Source: the human T2T-CHM13v2.0 reference genome, Homo sapiens. Taken from it: 64,000 nucleotides of DNA. The DNA is taken from assembly GCF_009914755.1 (NCBI RefSeq), contig NC_060938.1; one strand, given 5' to 3'. The position numbers and the translations under genes were made by a program. The notes under the pieces were generated by a model. It did no database searches, was not told the origin of the DNA, and worked only from the letters and a program-made list of their open reading frames with translations. Positions 1-14,748 of the stretch are shown in pieces (the stretch's first letter is position 1; the number at the start of each line of letters is the position of its first letter).

Positions 1-104
1 ATTCATACTTTTGCTGAAGCAACAAGTGTCCTTGACCCATACTAAGGCCACTAATATGGCATTGGTTACAGAAATGCAGACAGAAACTAGCAGGATAACA
101 GGAC

Positions 105-293
105 CAGTGTTCGTCAAAGTGTGACGAATCCCTTTAGAATCCCACTTGTGACGTGGTGCCCAAATGTCATATGAGACCAACTGAGTCAATCAGAATTTCT
201 GGAGATGGATCCAGGAAGGCTGTATCTGAGGGAGCATAGGGTTCAGGAAGTTAACCTTACTGACTCTAACAATAGTAAAGTTTGAGAAGTATT
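105..293 (+). mobile_element. Degraded MER5-family hAT-Charlie DNA transposon
   Basis: Starts cagtgttcgtcaaagtgtg, contains aatcagaatttctggagatggatccaggaa, ends aaagtttgagaagtatt; resembles the MER5 termini and core. Confidence 0.5.
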
Positions 294-388
294 AATAGTG
301 GATACTTAGCAAAGACAGAGAGAGCCCCAGAGGTGAAGCTGATGTTGGCAGAAGGTGAGGAATCTTGGCACAGAAAAAGAATTCAGGT

Positions 389-728
<340 letters not shown>

Positions 729-987
729 TTATATCATCTTTTGTTGTGGAAAAGGTCCTTTCCTCACACATGCTTCAGAGCCTGAAGGAGCAACGTATAA
801 GCTGCTAGAGACATGGCCCTTGACTTAGGGCCATGACTTAGAGTCACTCTGACCTTGAGGACTAGAGTTAAATTAAATTCGCACATGCCACAAAAATAGT
901 ATTTTAGTCAACAAGTTTTATGCAATATTCAAAAGAAAAGTTTTCCCTAAATTTAAGAACCTAAGAGCAAATATCAGAATCATAAAT

Positions 988-1093
988 CAATAGTAGTTGC
1001 CTCATCAATTACAGATGGGTTTCCCTGAGGTCAGGGTTCTCAATAGCAGTGGCCTCATCAATCACAGATGGGTTTTTTTGAGTTCAGGGTTCT
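988..1093. repeat. 53-bp tandem duplication (2 copies)
   Basis: 988-1040 vs 1041-1093, 46/53 identical, no gaps. Confidence 0.95.
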
Positions 1094-3128
1094 CTGTTCC
1101 CAAGGTTAGAGTGACTGGAGGAGCATAGGTTGGAAGAGGCATGATGAGCACAGAAAGACAGAAGAGAAAGAAGGGTAATCTGATAAAAATGAGATGTGTT
1201 CTTCTGTGGCCATAAAATGAATAGCTAAGGGGTGCAGGACAGGCTTACATGACACCAATGCACAAAACTATACAGAAAGACTCCTGCCATATGATCAACA
1301 AGCACAAAAAATAAAGATACTTTCTCCACTCTAGGGGAGGTAAAAACCAGGTAGAATGACTTTGCTCGGCATAACCATACTGACTAAAATGAAGGATCTA
1401 TTTGTTTTGAAAGCAGAAACTACAGCAAGGAAACCCCATGTATCTACAGCAGTGATAATGCCCATCATATAGACGAGGTGAATGAATGTGAGGAGTTTAA
1501 TTTTTCAGTGTGTATTAATAATTAACCTGCTCATTAGCTTTATTAGACAGAATTAGTCCTGCACTGAAGCAGAGCAACCGCAAGGCAAATTATTAAAATA
1601 ACTGATGAAACTTTCCTTCTTGACTTTAAAAGATGAAGTTTGGCAGCTCCAGATAATTATATGTCTAGTATGAGAAAAGAATAGAGTGTTTTTGTCTTGA
1701 AGAACTGGAAAGGATGACTGATGCATTAAAATAAAGATGGGATTATTTGAGTACAGAAGTAGGGTTTAATTTGGACACTATGAAGAAAAAATATTTTAAA
1801 AATAGATACGTTATTTAGCATTGATGGAACAAGTATTCTACCTGGAACATGAGGCCACCACATTGCTGGTCACTACTGTTTTATGCTACATTTGGTAAGA
1901 AGACTACAGCAGTGTATGTGTGTATGAATACATTTATGCAAATTAACATTTTGAAAACTATATTTGACAGGGCTTTAGTCTCTTGAGTCTTACAGATTTA
2001 ATAAATGAATGAAGCTATCTTTCAAAAAATCAATACTTGAAATTTGACACAAGGAAATTGAGGAAGAATAAAGTTTGCCAAATATAAAAATAAGTGATAT
2101 TAAAGAGGATTGCATGTAATATTTTATCTTACCTTTTCACTCCCACCCCAAACATATTATCAAATACTTTTAAGGTATTATGAACAATGGCCCAGCTCCT
2201 TTTTGATTCTGGGTTATCTTTGCTGATTTATGCCCTGGAATATTAGAGATTAAAAAAATCAAAATATCTCTTTGAAAAATGCCTGGCTCCATTGATTTTG
2301 TGGAGAGGCTCTTGCTTGTCTGAATTTAATTTAAATGTAGTTCTTTGTTATTGCTTCAAGAGGACAACAGTCATTTCTAACAAGCACAAATTATTCAGAG
2401 CATGACCCCAAATGCTGTATTTCAAATAGCAAAAGAAAACAAGCTATCCTCTAACCTACTTCACATTTCAGGAAGAGAAGCTGCGTGAAAGGAGAGCTGC
2501 AAAAGGACAACTTGACCCAGAGAGAGTCGCCCTCACCAGGGCCCTCCTCCCGGCTTCACTGGGTCTCTGGATGGGCCAGTTGCACAAATACAAGAAGATC
2601 AGGCCAGCATCCTGGAAGTGGGGAGGGGACTTGGTATCACCCTCCTTGGATAGGTGTTTGCCAAGTTCTAGTTAACCCAGTTACAGTAAAGCCATTGTGG
2701 ACTCTTTAGTGGAGCAAGCCTCAAATCTACATGGCATTCACGATTTTTCGATGGCCCTGGCCACAGCCAGTAACTGCAATTTAGTGGCTTACACATTACC
2801 ATGAAAGGGGGCGGGCAAAGGCTCAAGAGCAATGGATTTTTACGGCAATAGGAAATAGAACACATTTTGTGCAGTCGCCAACTCCTTTGCATTTCTGAGG
2901 ATGAAATGCCCCCTAGATCAAAGTGACAAAGTGGTTAGGATATTCACGGGACAGAAGACAAAAGGAGTTCGTTCACTGCCAAAAAGAAAAAAAAAAAGCC
3001 TTCTGTTAAGTATTTAGAAGTTTAATAACAGTACTTACATGAGAAGCAGAATGCAAGAGGGCAACTTGAAAGTGTGCACAGTTAAACAGGAGCTAGCCAT
3101 TTTCCTTCACACAGGCAGGAAGCTTACC

Positions 3129-3330
3129 TTCATTCACTCGTTCATTCCCCAATATACATTGAGCACCTACTATATGGGACACTGCATTTGGTATTATAAG
3201 AAGTACAAATGTGCATAACAAAGCCTCTACTCTTAAGAAGATGGTGGACATTCAGGGAAGCTAATGAAGTATATGCACAAATCAAGGTGTCAGACCAACT
3301 ATATAGCACTTGCAAAGGAGATAGGCAAAA
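3129..3330 (-). mobile_element. L2 3' end fragment
   Basis: ttcattcactcgttcatt...attgagcacctactatatg is the reverse complement of the L2 3' terminus. Confidence 0.65.
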
Positions 3331-4316
3331 ACTGGTTTTGCAATCTTAGCCCAAGACAAGCCTCAAGAGGGTAAAAGAGGTTACAGAGGCAAGGAAAGAG
3401 ACAATTTCTTTGGAGGGATTTGCTAGAATTCTGTGCATTTCACTCTTCACTTGCCCCTACTTTGCAATGGAAAAGTTGAGGGCTACTCCCTCCTTACTTC
3501 ATGCCAAGTGAAAGATGCTTTAAGAGAACCACTTGGGGAGCTTGGTCTGTTTCTCTTTAGAGTCTGTGGTGGATATGGGTCAAATGCAAGGCCTACAATT
3601 GAAAAAATCTCCAGGCAAGAAGCTGGATGAAGCTGCTCATAGTGTCCAATTTGAAAGCTGTATAGACAATAAACTGTGCTTCCACCGATGAAAAAAAAAA
3701 AAAAACAAAAATGAGGACACATACATGTTTCCTGAATTCTACATGTGGTCCATAGCACATGGGAAACACCTGTCCTAGAGTTGTTGAACAGATAATTTAC
3801 CCAAGAGGGCTACCTACAGAGAAAATGGATTTAAAAGGAAGGGAAAAGGATTAAAGGAATGGAAAATATAGAAGCCTTCTGCCTGTATTTTAAGGAGATC
3901 ATCACACTTAATTCAGTAGTTATAGTATATTAAGGTAGAAAGTCTAAATCTCATTCAGATATGTAAATATACAGTGTTATGAGGGAAAGGTTTTTTTAAG
4001 ATCACCTAAGACTTGTTAAACACTACTAATGCATGGCTAAATAAAGTCTGGGCCTAAAGAGGTCCTGTCTATAAATCCAAGAAGTCAAATGAAAAGTGCA
4101 ATTTTAAGTTGTCATCCAGATATTTAGATTTCAAGACTCCAGGATTTTGGAAACTTGCAGATTTTGGAAGTTTGAGAAACTATAATTTTTATCTACATGT
4201 CTAAAATATTAAGAGACGACATGAAGAAAAAAATGCAGACTCAGACTTAATCTAAACAGATTTGGTTCTTTACCATGAAAAACCCTTAGAGTGACACCCT
4301 TAAAGAGTGATTCCTA

Positions 4317-4958
<642 letters not shown>

Positions 4959-5822
4959 TCAGAGGTTGTATAGTCTATCCCCCTCTGTTCTGAGGCCCAG
5001 AGAAGTTAAGTAGCCCAAATATCTTAGCATACTGGTCAGAGACTGACAGGAGAGTTCTGATCTTCTGCTTCTCCAGCAGAACTCTTTAACTATACTACCT
5101 TAAATGGAAGGTATGTAGGAAGGGCCGTGGGGTCACATGTAGCCACAAACACACACACACAGAGTAGGTAAACATGCCCCTTCCCCATCCCGGATGGTAG
5201 TTAGAGGCCACTGTTTCAAGCTATTTTATTTGGTATTAGACAGCACCCCCTGTCCTCCCCCCACCACACACACAAGTAATTTGGAAACATCAAAGAAAAT
5301 TACAGAATCATTTCATATGTTATAAATCTGTACCATGTGTCATGAATCAAACAATTGATTAAATAAACTGGGGATGTCATGAAAGTCTCATTAACACTCA
5401 TGTCATCTCTGCCTAGAAAAAAATCAATCAAGTACATTCTAGAAATAAAACATATTTTCTATAATCCCCAATCATCTGCGATTCTTAGTGTACAAATGTA
5501 TACAATTTATGCAATTACTTGCACACTCAAGACAAATATATCAGGCAAAGGGCCACGAGATTTTCTGTAGAGGCTGCACCAGAGTTAATTTTGTTCCCTG
5601 TGGGGTTCCCATTCGTATAATGGTGCACGAGTCCATGTCCTTCCAGGAACCATTCTGAAATAAGTTTTAAGAGCAGCAAAGTCCTTGCTCTGCAATGTTA
5701 TTATAATTTCACACCAGTACCTGCAGGCCTTTAGAGACAGGGTCCTTGCTCTAAAAACAAAACACTGAACAGGACTGGCTACTAAAGGAGTCTCCTACAC
5801 TTGTAGGGGGTGGACTCCTTAA

Positions 5823-5956
5823 CCCATTTATGTCTAGTGTTCCATTATTGGAACGCTAAGCTTGTGGGAGTTACTTATATCCTACTGCTCAAGGTCATCG
5901 CCATGGTCTGATTTTTCACACACACAAAAAAATTTGCAACCTCCAGCATAAATGGG
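5823..5956 (+). mobile_element. MER85, non-autonomous piggyBac (PGBD3-derived) element
   Basis: TTAA TSDs at 5819-5822 and 5957-5960; TIRs cccatttatg / cataaatggg; internal gttccattattggaac palindrome and ctactgctcaaggtcatcgcc core. Confidence 0.95.
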
Positions 5957-6756
5957 TTAATTTGATCACAGAGATTAAACCAAACAGCTCAAACAAAACA
6001 CCTGGTTCTCTCTCTCTGCTAATTGTTCTTTCAATGGCAAAAAAGCAATTTTTTCCATAACATGAATAATAAAAAAAAAAATGTACTAATGAGATTTACG
6101 CAATATTGGAAAGAAGAATTATGAATAGGTAATTACACTTTTAGGAGATTTACAGATTTCAACCAGTTAAGCCCTGGGGCATGATTATCTCACTAGCCTT
6201 GTGCACTGAGAATAAATATAGAATAGAATGGGTGTGACCAGTGAACACTACTTTTTGCCAAAAACTTGTAAAGAACAAGCTGTGGACTCAGAAGGGTATG
6301 TACCAAAGGTTGCCTAAATGGATTTCACGCTTATGAAAGGCAAGCGGCCCCTGGCACAGTAAGCGCCCCATGTCAGAGCCATTTGCATTACCTGCCACAT
6401 TGCCAGGCTCCCAAACAAACCACATTGTCTCATCCCTGTCCCTGGCCTCCACTTCTCAGAGTACTTCATGTTCTTTCTATTCCACACTGAATCTACTGAC
6501 CTACCTTTCCCTTGGGCTGCCTCTGTGGCTTGTTCCTTAGCTGTCCCTGGAAATAGATTTAATCTCATCTACTTTCACATGAGCAAAGGGATCCTTCATG
6601 GCCCGTGGAAGATTAAACCCACTATCTTGGCTTCAATTACATTCCTCCAAAAGAGAGAGAGAGCTAGAAAGGGCACGGGGCACTGCTTGGGAGGAGCACT
6701 CATTGAGCAAGAAGAGTGAAAAAAGGAGCAATCGTTCAGGAAGAACCCTTTCATCA

Positions 6757-6966
6757 ACAATGACTAACATTGAATGGGCCCCCACTAAATGCAAGGCTCT
6801 ATTCTAAGAGCTTTACCTTTATCAACTTATCTAATTCTCTCAACAACCTCATGAGATAGACCCTACTAGAATCCCCATTTGATAGAGAAGGCAATAGAAG
6901 TACAGAGAAATAAAGTCAATTATTCCAGATTAGGATGTTGGAGCCAGGATTAGAATGCAGACAGTC
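6757..6966 (-). mobile_element. MIR SINE
   Basis: MIR core in reverse (ctaattctctcaacaacctcatgag...ggagccaggattagaa). Confidence 0.75.
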
Positions 6967-7020
6967 CTGCTCAATAATCATAATAAAGCCAATTGAATAC
7001 TTAATTAGTTCAATTTGTGT

Positions 7021-7183
7021 TAGTTATGCACCAAGCATTGTATTATAGAGTTATATGTATGATCTCATTTAATCTCTACAACGCCATGAAGTTGGTACTA
7101 ATATGATGTCCATTGATACGTTGTTTTTATTTAACCTCCAAAGTTCAAAACTGTTAAGCAATGGAGCCAGGATCCCAACCAGG
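7021..7183 (-). mobile_element. MIR SINE fragment
   Basis: atctcatttaatctctacaac...ggagccaggatcccaacc. Confidence 0.7.
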
Positions 7184-7904
7184 GTTAGAATAAAGAAACT
7201 ATTTTTTCTCCTATTACCAGCTAGTCGCTAGAGATGGAGTGAGATGCTTAAAAAGACATGGAATGCCCTACTACGGGAGATGGTCAAGGAGGCACCAGGC
7301 ATTTACTCAAATGAGATACCCTTTTAAAGTTATTTCCATATTTCCATATAGCTAGGAATGCATGCTTTATATTCATTTGCATTGGTTTTCATGTCTTTTC
7401 TGTACCCTTTTCCTACCAGGTTTCTATTTACTCACCCTGAGGCTGAAAACTACTGGGTTTTCTTTTTCCCTGTTTATTCTCTCACCATATGTAGATGCCA
7501 TGTTCAATAATTCTTTCTGCTGCTATTGCTGCTACAGCTGAGAAGTTTGAGATGATGGAAGGCCCTGAAAAACAAGTCTGAATTGTCTTCTTACAAAACA
7601 GACATTTCCTTGCTTAGTGTTTTCTGCCCAGAGTGAGGAACATGTTGTTCAGACTTGTAATGAACTGGGTGCTCCTATAACAGTAGAAGTGCCGCACCCA
7701 AGCATCACATCAGGGCTGTTTTCCTGCTCTTCAGATCTGGATCTATAGGGTAATGTGAGGTTCTGGCATACTTGGAACCTTGTGTTCAGTCATAAATTAA
7801 GAAGAAATATATTCCACACTGATGAAAAGTCATCAGATTCTAAATCCATTATTGCAATAGAGTCAGTTTCTTTATGAGGGACGACATCATAACAAGTAGA
7901 GTGA

Positions 7905-8150
7905 TAATTATTACCTAATATTTATTAAGCATTTACTATGTGCCACTCTACTCAGCACTTTACAGTTCTTTCATTTAATTCTCATACACAAAAGAAAATC
8001 CAAATATGTACTGAGAACCATCACCAGGTTACAGATGAGGAAATTGAAACTTAGGACGGTTAAATAACTTGTTGAGAGTAACATAGCTGTGAGGGGTGAA
8101 ACCAGTACTTAGAAACAACCACTGGACTCTAACAAGCCTCTTAACGACTA
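7905..8150 (-). mobile_element. MIR SINE
   Basis: tttattaagcatttactatgtgcca...acagatgaggaaattgaaacttag...ttaaataacttg. Confidence 0.8.
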
Positions 8151-8209
8151 TCGAACATGGCCTCCCACCATCTCAATGTGATCAATTAACATAGCATTGC
8201 AAAACATGG

Positions 8210-8882
<673 letters not shown>

Positions 8883-10568
8883 TCTCCAAGTGCCATCTGA
8901 GGTATCTGAATCCATAGCATTTGTCTTGAAGCCCATCTTTCATGGGAACCTCTTCTCTCCTCATATGCTTATTTAATTACAGCTAATCATCCTCAGGAGT
9001 ACAGTTTGAAGAACTGGAGGTAGGATCTTATTTAAAGTACAAGAGGTCTTGCTTTAGAACACATTGATTTTGTTGTTGTTTTTGTTAGGAGGAGGCAGTT
9101 TAATTTTGTTTTACATCATTGAGGCTAATCTTGTTAAGGTCTTAGTTTCAGAAACATGGCAAAATTTTTTTTTTTAATTTTAGCCACTTTCTTTTTGCAT
9201 AAAAGTTTTAGGTTTTTTTATGATACTGACACCCAAGACCATAGAAGTAAAATAACATTTTAAATATTATATATAAAAGGACAAGAGTACATTAGATGAA
9301 AGTTTATCCATAAAATTTAAGACTATAAAGACAGATCCAGCTAAATAAAGATGTATACAATCCAGACACAAGACTGATGTAAAATGAAAATACTATGGAA
9401 ATATTATCCTAAAACTTCCTTAGAAATGAGTTTTCCCATTACTCTTGTTTCCACACGAAAAAAGATAAGGCCCACCGTGTGGAAGTAACTTGTTTAGGAT
9501 AACATTAGTAATCGGGGCCTGATTTTGTCATCCAGTGTCATGCTTGTTACTTCTTCTCCTCTTGCATTTTTTGTTTCCTATTTAGTTTTCTCCCTGACCC
9601 TCTTTCCTCATTCTCTTCACCAAATGCAATCTTTCATTAAAGAGCATGCTGGCTCATTCGGCAAAAGATCTACATTCAAGTTCCACCTCTGCCACAAGCT
9701 CCCTGTGGAACAAAGCATCTGCCCTGGTGCTGCCTTGCTGTAACTTTGCTCAGCTGCCTCTCTCTCTCTCATTGATCCCCAAACAAGGGCAGTGCCTGCA
9801 CTGCTGATGGATGTACCCTAGAGCACAGTCTGCATCAACAGGGACAACTGACTCTCTCTCTGAATTTCACAATTCGGGAAGCCCTTGTCTCTCAGCTAGT
9901 TACTTTTTTAAGCACCTGGAAATCACAGGCAAGTGATGCAAAATGTTCTCTCGATAACAAGCCAGAGACAAGATTAAATATTGGTCTTTCTCATGAACAT
10001 TCAGCCAAAAGTCAAACATTACTTTCCCCCTTTACTATGGTGAAGTAAAATATTTGTGTCAGATGTCTCCAGGGCATTTCCTCACTTTAGTTCTTTCTTT
10101 ACATAGGAACTCCTCAATCTGAACAGATCAATGGTGTTCATCAACCAATGTCACGATTTGAGCAGCCAATACCAGGTACGACCCTAGAAGCTTCTTTTGC
10201 CTTCTTCACACACTGGAAGGGCAGAGGGAACTTCTTTGCAAGTACCAGTGAGGAAGAAGGGGGGTTTTGTGCCTTCTGCAGCTATTGGAAATCTTCTTAT
10301 ACTATCTAAGGCAGTGCCTGCTTCATCCACATCATGTCCCTAACTGCCACTTGGGATGGCATCTGCCAGCAGTTCTCTGAAACAGGTTCAACTAGTAAAA
10401 TCAGTTAATTGCCAAGCACAGATTTTCATGACCCTGATGCTTCCATTAGAAAAAGGTCAAAACCCTGCCACTGAAAAGAGGTGTCAGAAAACACAGGGAG
10501 GTGGTTCTGGTGCAATGATTCCAGCAGCAGACAAGTCTTTTGTTCAACAATTATAGCTTACTTGTCCA

Positions 10569-11016
10569 TGTTATGGATTGGATTGTGTTTGCCCAATATT
10601 TGTATGTTGAAATCCTAACCCCCAGCACCTCAGAAAGTGACCTAATTTGGATGGGGTTGTTGCAGATGTAATTAGTTCAGATGAGGTCATACCGGAGTAG
10701 GATCAGCCCCAATACAATATGACTGGCGTTCTTACAAGAAGACACAGACACAGGGAGAATACCAGTGCAAAGGGGAAGGTAGAGATCAAAGTGATGCTTC
10801 TACAGGCCAAGGAATGCCAAAGAGTGCCAGGAACCACCAGAAGCTAGGAGAGAGGCATGGAATGGATTTCTCCCTTACAGCCTACAAAAGGAACGAGCCC
10901 TGCTGACACCTTAATCTTGCACTTCCAGCTTCCAGGACTGTGAGACAATAAATTCATGTTGTTTAAGCCACCCAGTCTGTGGTACTTTGTTATGGGAACC
11001 CTGGAAAACAAATACA
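10569..11016 (+). mobile_element. MLT1C-like MaLR solo LTR
   Basis: TG...CA termini, ccaaggaatgccaaag...ccaccagaagctagg core, aataaa, TSD gtcca/gacca. Confidence 0.92.
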
Positions 11017-11334
11017 GACCATATTTCCAAAGTTTTGAGAGACTTAACATAAAGCTCTAGTTATCTGTATATTCCAGGAACACATTATTAGAATAGAAGA
11101 AGGTTTGTATAATTCATAATAGTGAATATTTCTCCTTACTGGGTGACACATTGTTTATCTATACCCAACAAATACCATCAATCAAATCTCTCAAAATAAA
11201 CTAAAAAAAAAAAAAACTCATTGATAAAATCCTGGGTTTTTCTGCACAATTATTTCCAAAGCAATGTATCATTTCCAAAGTTTAGTTAGGACCAGCTCAG
11301 GACTTCCATGAGTCAACTGATATACCTGAGAAGC

Positions 11335-11520
11335 ATATTCCTTCCTTCCCCCAGCAAGTGTTACTGTGAATACACAGACAGGCACCAGGGATCCAATAGT
11401 GGGCAAAGCAGGTAGCCATTGTCACAATGGCTTATGTTTACCAAGGAAGACAGAAATTGATCAAACAATCACTCACATACATAGAACTATTAACTGTGAC
11501 AAGTGCAATGAAGAAGTAGC
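11335..11520 (-). mobile_element. L2 3' fragment
   Basis: Reverse L2 3' motifs (cattccttccttc...aactgtgacaagtgcaatgaagaa). Confidence 0.55.
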
Positions 11521-12898
11521 ATCATACTCTGCAGGCAGTTACTTCCCCTTGGAACTGTGGGCAGGCACAGCTGGGCTTACTCTGTATTCTACATGTAAAG
11601 TTGCAGTACTGTGAGTTTTCTCCCATCAAAAGAAAACACTGAATATTATATTCAGGCACCAAACTATCTGTCAAAAATAATCATATGAATAAAACATGGG
11701 CCCATAAAGAAGGAGCTGAAAGGGGTAAAGAAGAGAAGCAGAAAGGCAAGTGGGACATGAAGACAGTTAAAGAAATAGGAAACTCAGGAGAAGACGCTGA
11801 CATCAGGTTTCTGCACTCAGGATTCAAGAACAAGGGAGTGAGGACATGTTCTGTGGGCATGGCAGTGGTGAAGGGCACGTGGTCAGGCATGAGACTTTGT
11901 GCAGTTAAAAGGCTCTTGCCCAAAATAAAAGCCTACCTTTGTTTGCAGCTCTGTCCTTTTAAACTGGAACATCACTGTTCAGCATGCTCTTTGCTCTATG
12001 CAATTGCAAGCACTTTAGCCTGCTGCCAAATGACGTAGCTGGTCACCAGAGAAGCTGCCGAATGCCGCTGAGCAGGGGGAAGAAAATCCATGGAATTAGT
12101 CCTGAACGTTGCAAAAGAAGCTGCACCTCTCAGCTACTGTGTTAAGTCATATTATAATTGTCTCTCGGATCACATGTGAGCTTTTTCCACAGGTGGGATA
12201 GAGCCAGGCTTCCCGGTGCCAGCATGGCCCCCCAGGCCTCTACAAACTGGTCTGCAGCTGCTGTGTCACTTGCCCTTGGCAGAATTTAACAAGATAAACT
12301 GCTTCCTTGGCATTTAGTTTTACACTTAGCATGGGTTATATTTATACTTTTTGCCTATTGGTGATGACCAACTTGGATGACCCACTTTGAGGTCACCCAA
12401 ACAACCTAGGCATAACTGATTCAAAAATATCTTTAAAACAATAAATACATCACTGTATGAAAACATGAACACTTCTATTTTCTGAAACAACTATTTAGAG
12501 AACACCTTTACTGATAGCTAGAGGCTATGTGGATGAGAAAATTATACCAGTGGGGTGGAGAGCTCCATCATGAAACAAAAATAAGCTTGCATCACAAAAC
12601 AGAATTCTATGGCCCTTGATTCAGCCGTGTCTGCTTGAGTTTGCATGATTCAAAATGTAGATGTGGTAGTTAATGTCAAACCATCCTTAGGTAACTAGAT
12701 GTATCCCTACAATGCCCAGGTGAATAACCTGAGATGAAAGCTAGATATTTTTAATGCTTTTATGTTAAATGGAAGGCTGAAGCATGTTTAGCACATTTAG
12801 CATCATGTGTAAAAGTGAGGAGAAGGAATATGATCTGAACAGAAACAAATTATCTGTGAATAAAAGAAAAGTGGAATGTCCTGGGTGTGGAGGTTGGC

Positions 12899-13086
12899 GG
12901 CTGGTTCTCAGAGTCTGGGCCTGGGACCAGCAGCATCAGCCATACCTGGGAACTATTTAGAAAAACAAATTCTCAGGTCTCACACCAGACTTACTGAACG
13001 AGAAACTCTCTTGAGGGAGCTCAACAACCCATAGTTTAACAAGCTTTCTAGCGATTCTGATGCACACTCATGTTTGAAAGCATCTG
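12899..13086 (+). mobile_element. MER5A hAT-Charlie DNA transposon
   Basis: tggttctca...ggaccagcagcatcagc...aaattctcagg...gattctgatgcacac. Confidence 0.88.
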
Positions 13087-14246
13087 AATTAGGACACGAA
13101 GACCCAAGTACAAGCGACAGAAAAGCAAGACAGAGCACACCGTCTTCCCCTAAGCAGGATTACGAGGGCAGAACTTCAATGTCTCTAAGGAAAGAAACCC
13201 TAATCCTGGAGTCTATAAATTATTAGAGTCTAACAATCTAAACAATTCTGATAAAGAGATGAAAAGTCATTAAAGTAAACTTAAATTGTTTTTCAACTGA
13301 ATGGGTGACAGACATGATCCCTGTCCTTGTGACATTTGCAGAATTGCTACAAGTTCACTGTAAACAGTGTTTTCATCCCCAAATTCTTAAGTGACTGAAA
13401 TCAGCCTTAAGCCCAGGCAGCTGAAGTTTTTGTGGTCTGGCAAGTATTTGGTATGACTCTCTTCACCTGAATCTGAGCATTTTCCCTCTGAATCATTCAC
13501 TGAGTGAGAAGAATTCGAAAAGGAGTTAATAAAATACATTCTTTGTGGTTGGAAATTATAATATCTTCTGATCATAGACTGGCTAAGTCAGTACAAGCAA
13601 ATGAGATGCAGATAAGAAACATACAACACTTCTACATTGTGTTGTCTAATTATTGTACATATCTAGAGAAATTTCTAGCAGAGGTCACTGGTCAAAGGGC
13701 ATGTTGAAGACATTAAAAATTCAAGAAGGGAAAAATGTACTATAATAAAATAAGCTTGAGTATAGAGTGAATGTGGTTTGTCCAACCTAAAGCTAAGTGC
13801 CAGAGAGATTTCTTCATCCTCCTTACCACCCCAAATATTACAAGCAACTCTGAGATATTAACAAGAAAGAGTTTTATGTGACTGGAAGTTTCCTTTTGCT
13901 TTTAAACTCTTTCATTTAGCGTAGATTAAAATGGCACTGTGTGCTTATAAAAGTGACATCTATTTGCTAGTTCAGTTCCCCCAGGCTAGGAAAGTAAATG
14001 GATGTTCTGGCAAAAAGTCGTAACTAACCCTCAAAGTTGGTATACCAGCCATGCTTGAGAAACACTTTATTTAGTCAGTGTTTCCTATTATGGAAGATGG
14101 TACAAGATTACATTTTGAAAAGACTGGGAATATTCTAATAAAATTTCTTTTTTTGATATGCCTAACTGGTTTTTAAATATTGTTGTGAACCTCATATCTC
14201 TCCTACAAATAGACATTTCTAAAGATGCTTCAAAAAAGACAAACAA

Positions 14247-14593
<347 letters not shown>

Positions 14594-14690
14594 TTAGTTC
14601 CAGCATATAGAAGTTATTTCACTGAAAAACTAACATTTGCTCAGCCAGGCCCAAGAATCTATGAGTCCATATTCAATTTTCTCTGTACAT

Positions 14691-14748
14691 TCTCCTTCCT
14701 TCCTTCGTTTCTTCCTTCCCTCTTTCCTTCCTTCTTACCATCCTTCCA
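14691..14748. repeat. (CTTC)n-like low-complexity tract
   Basis: Pyrimidine-rich ccttccttcc runs. Confidence 0.8.

Noticed and set aside
11967-11982. GRE/ARE-like ggaaca-tcac-tgttca
   Set aside because: Spacer is 4 nt rather than the 3 nt required for steroid-receptor dimers
11685-12038. 117-aa ORF in non-repetitive DNA
   Set aside because: No recognisable domain or supporting gene structure; length is compatible with chance
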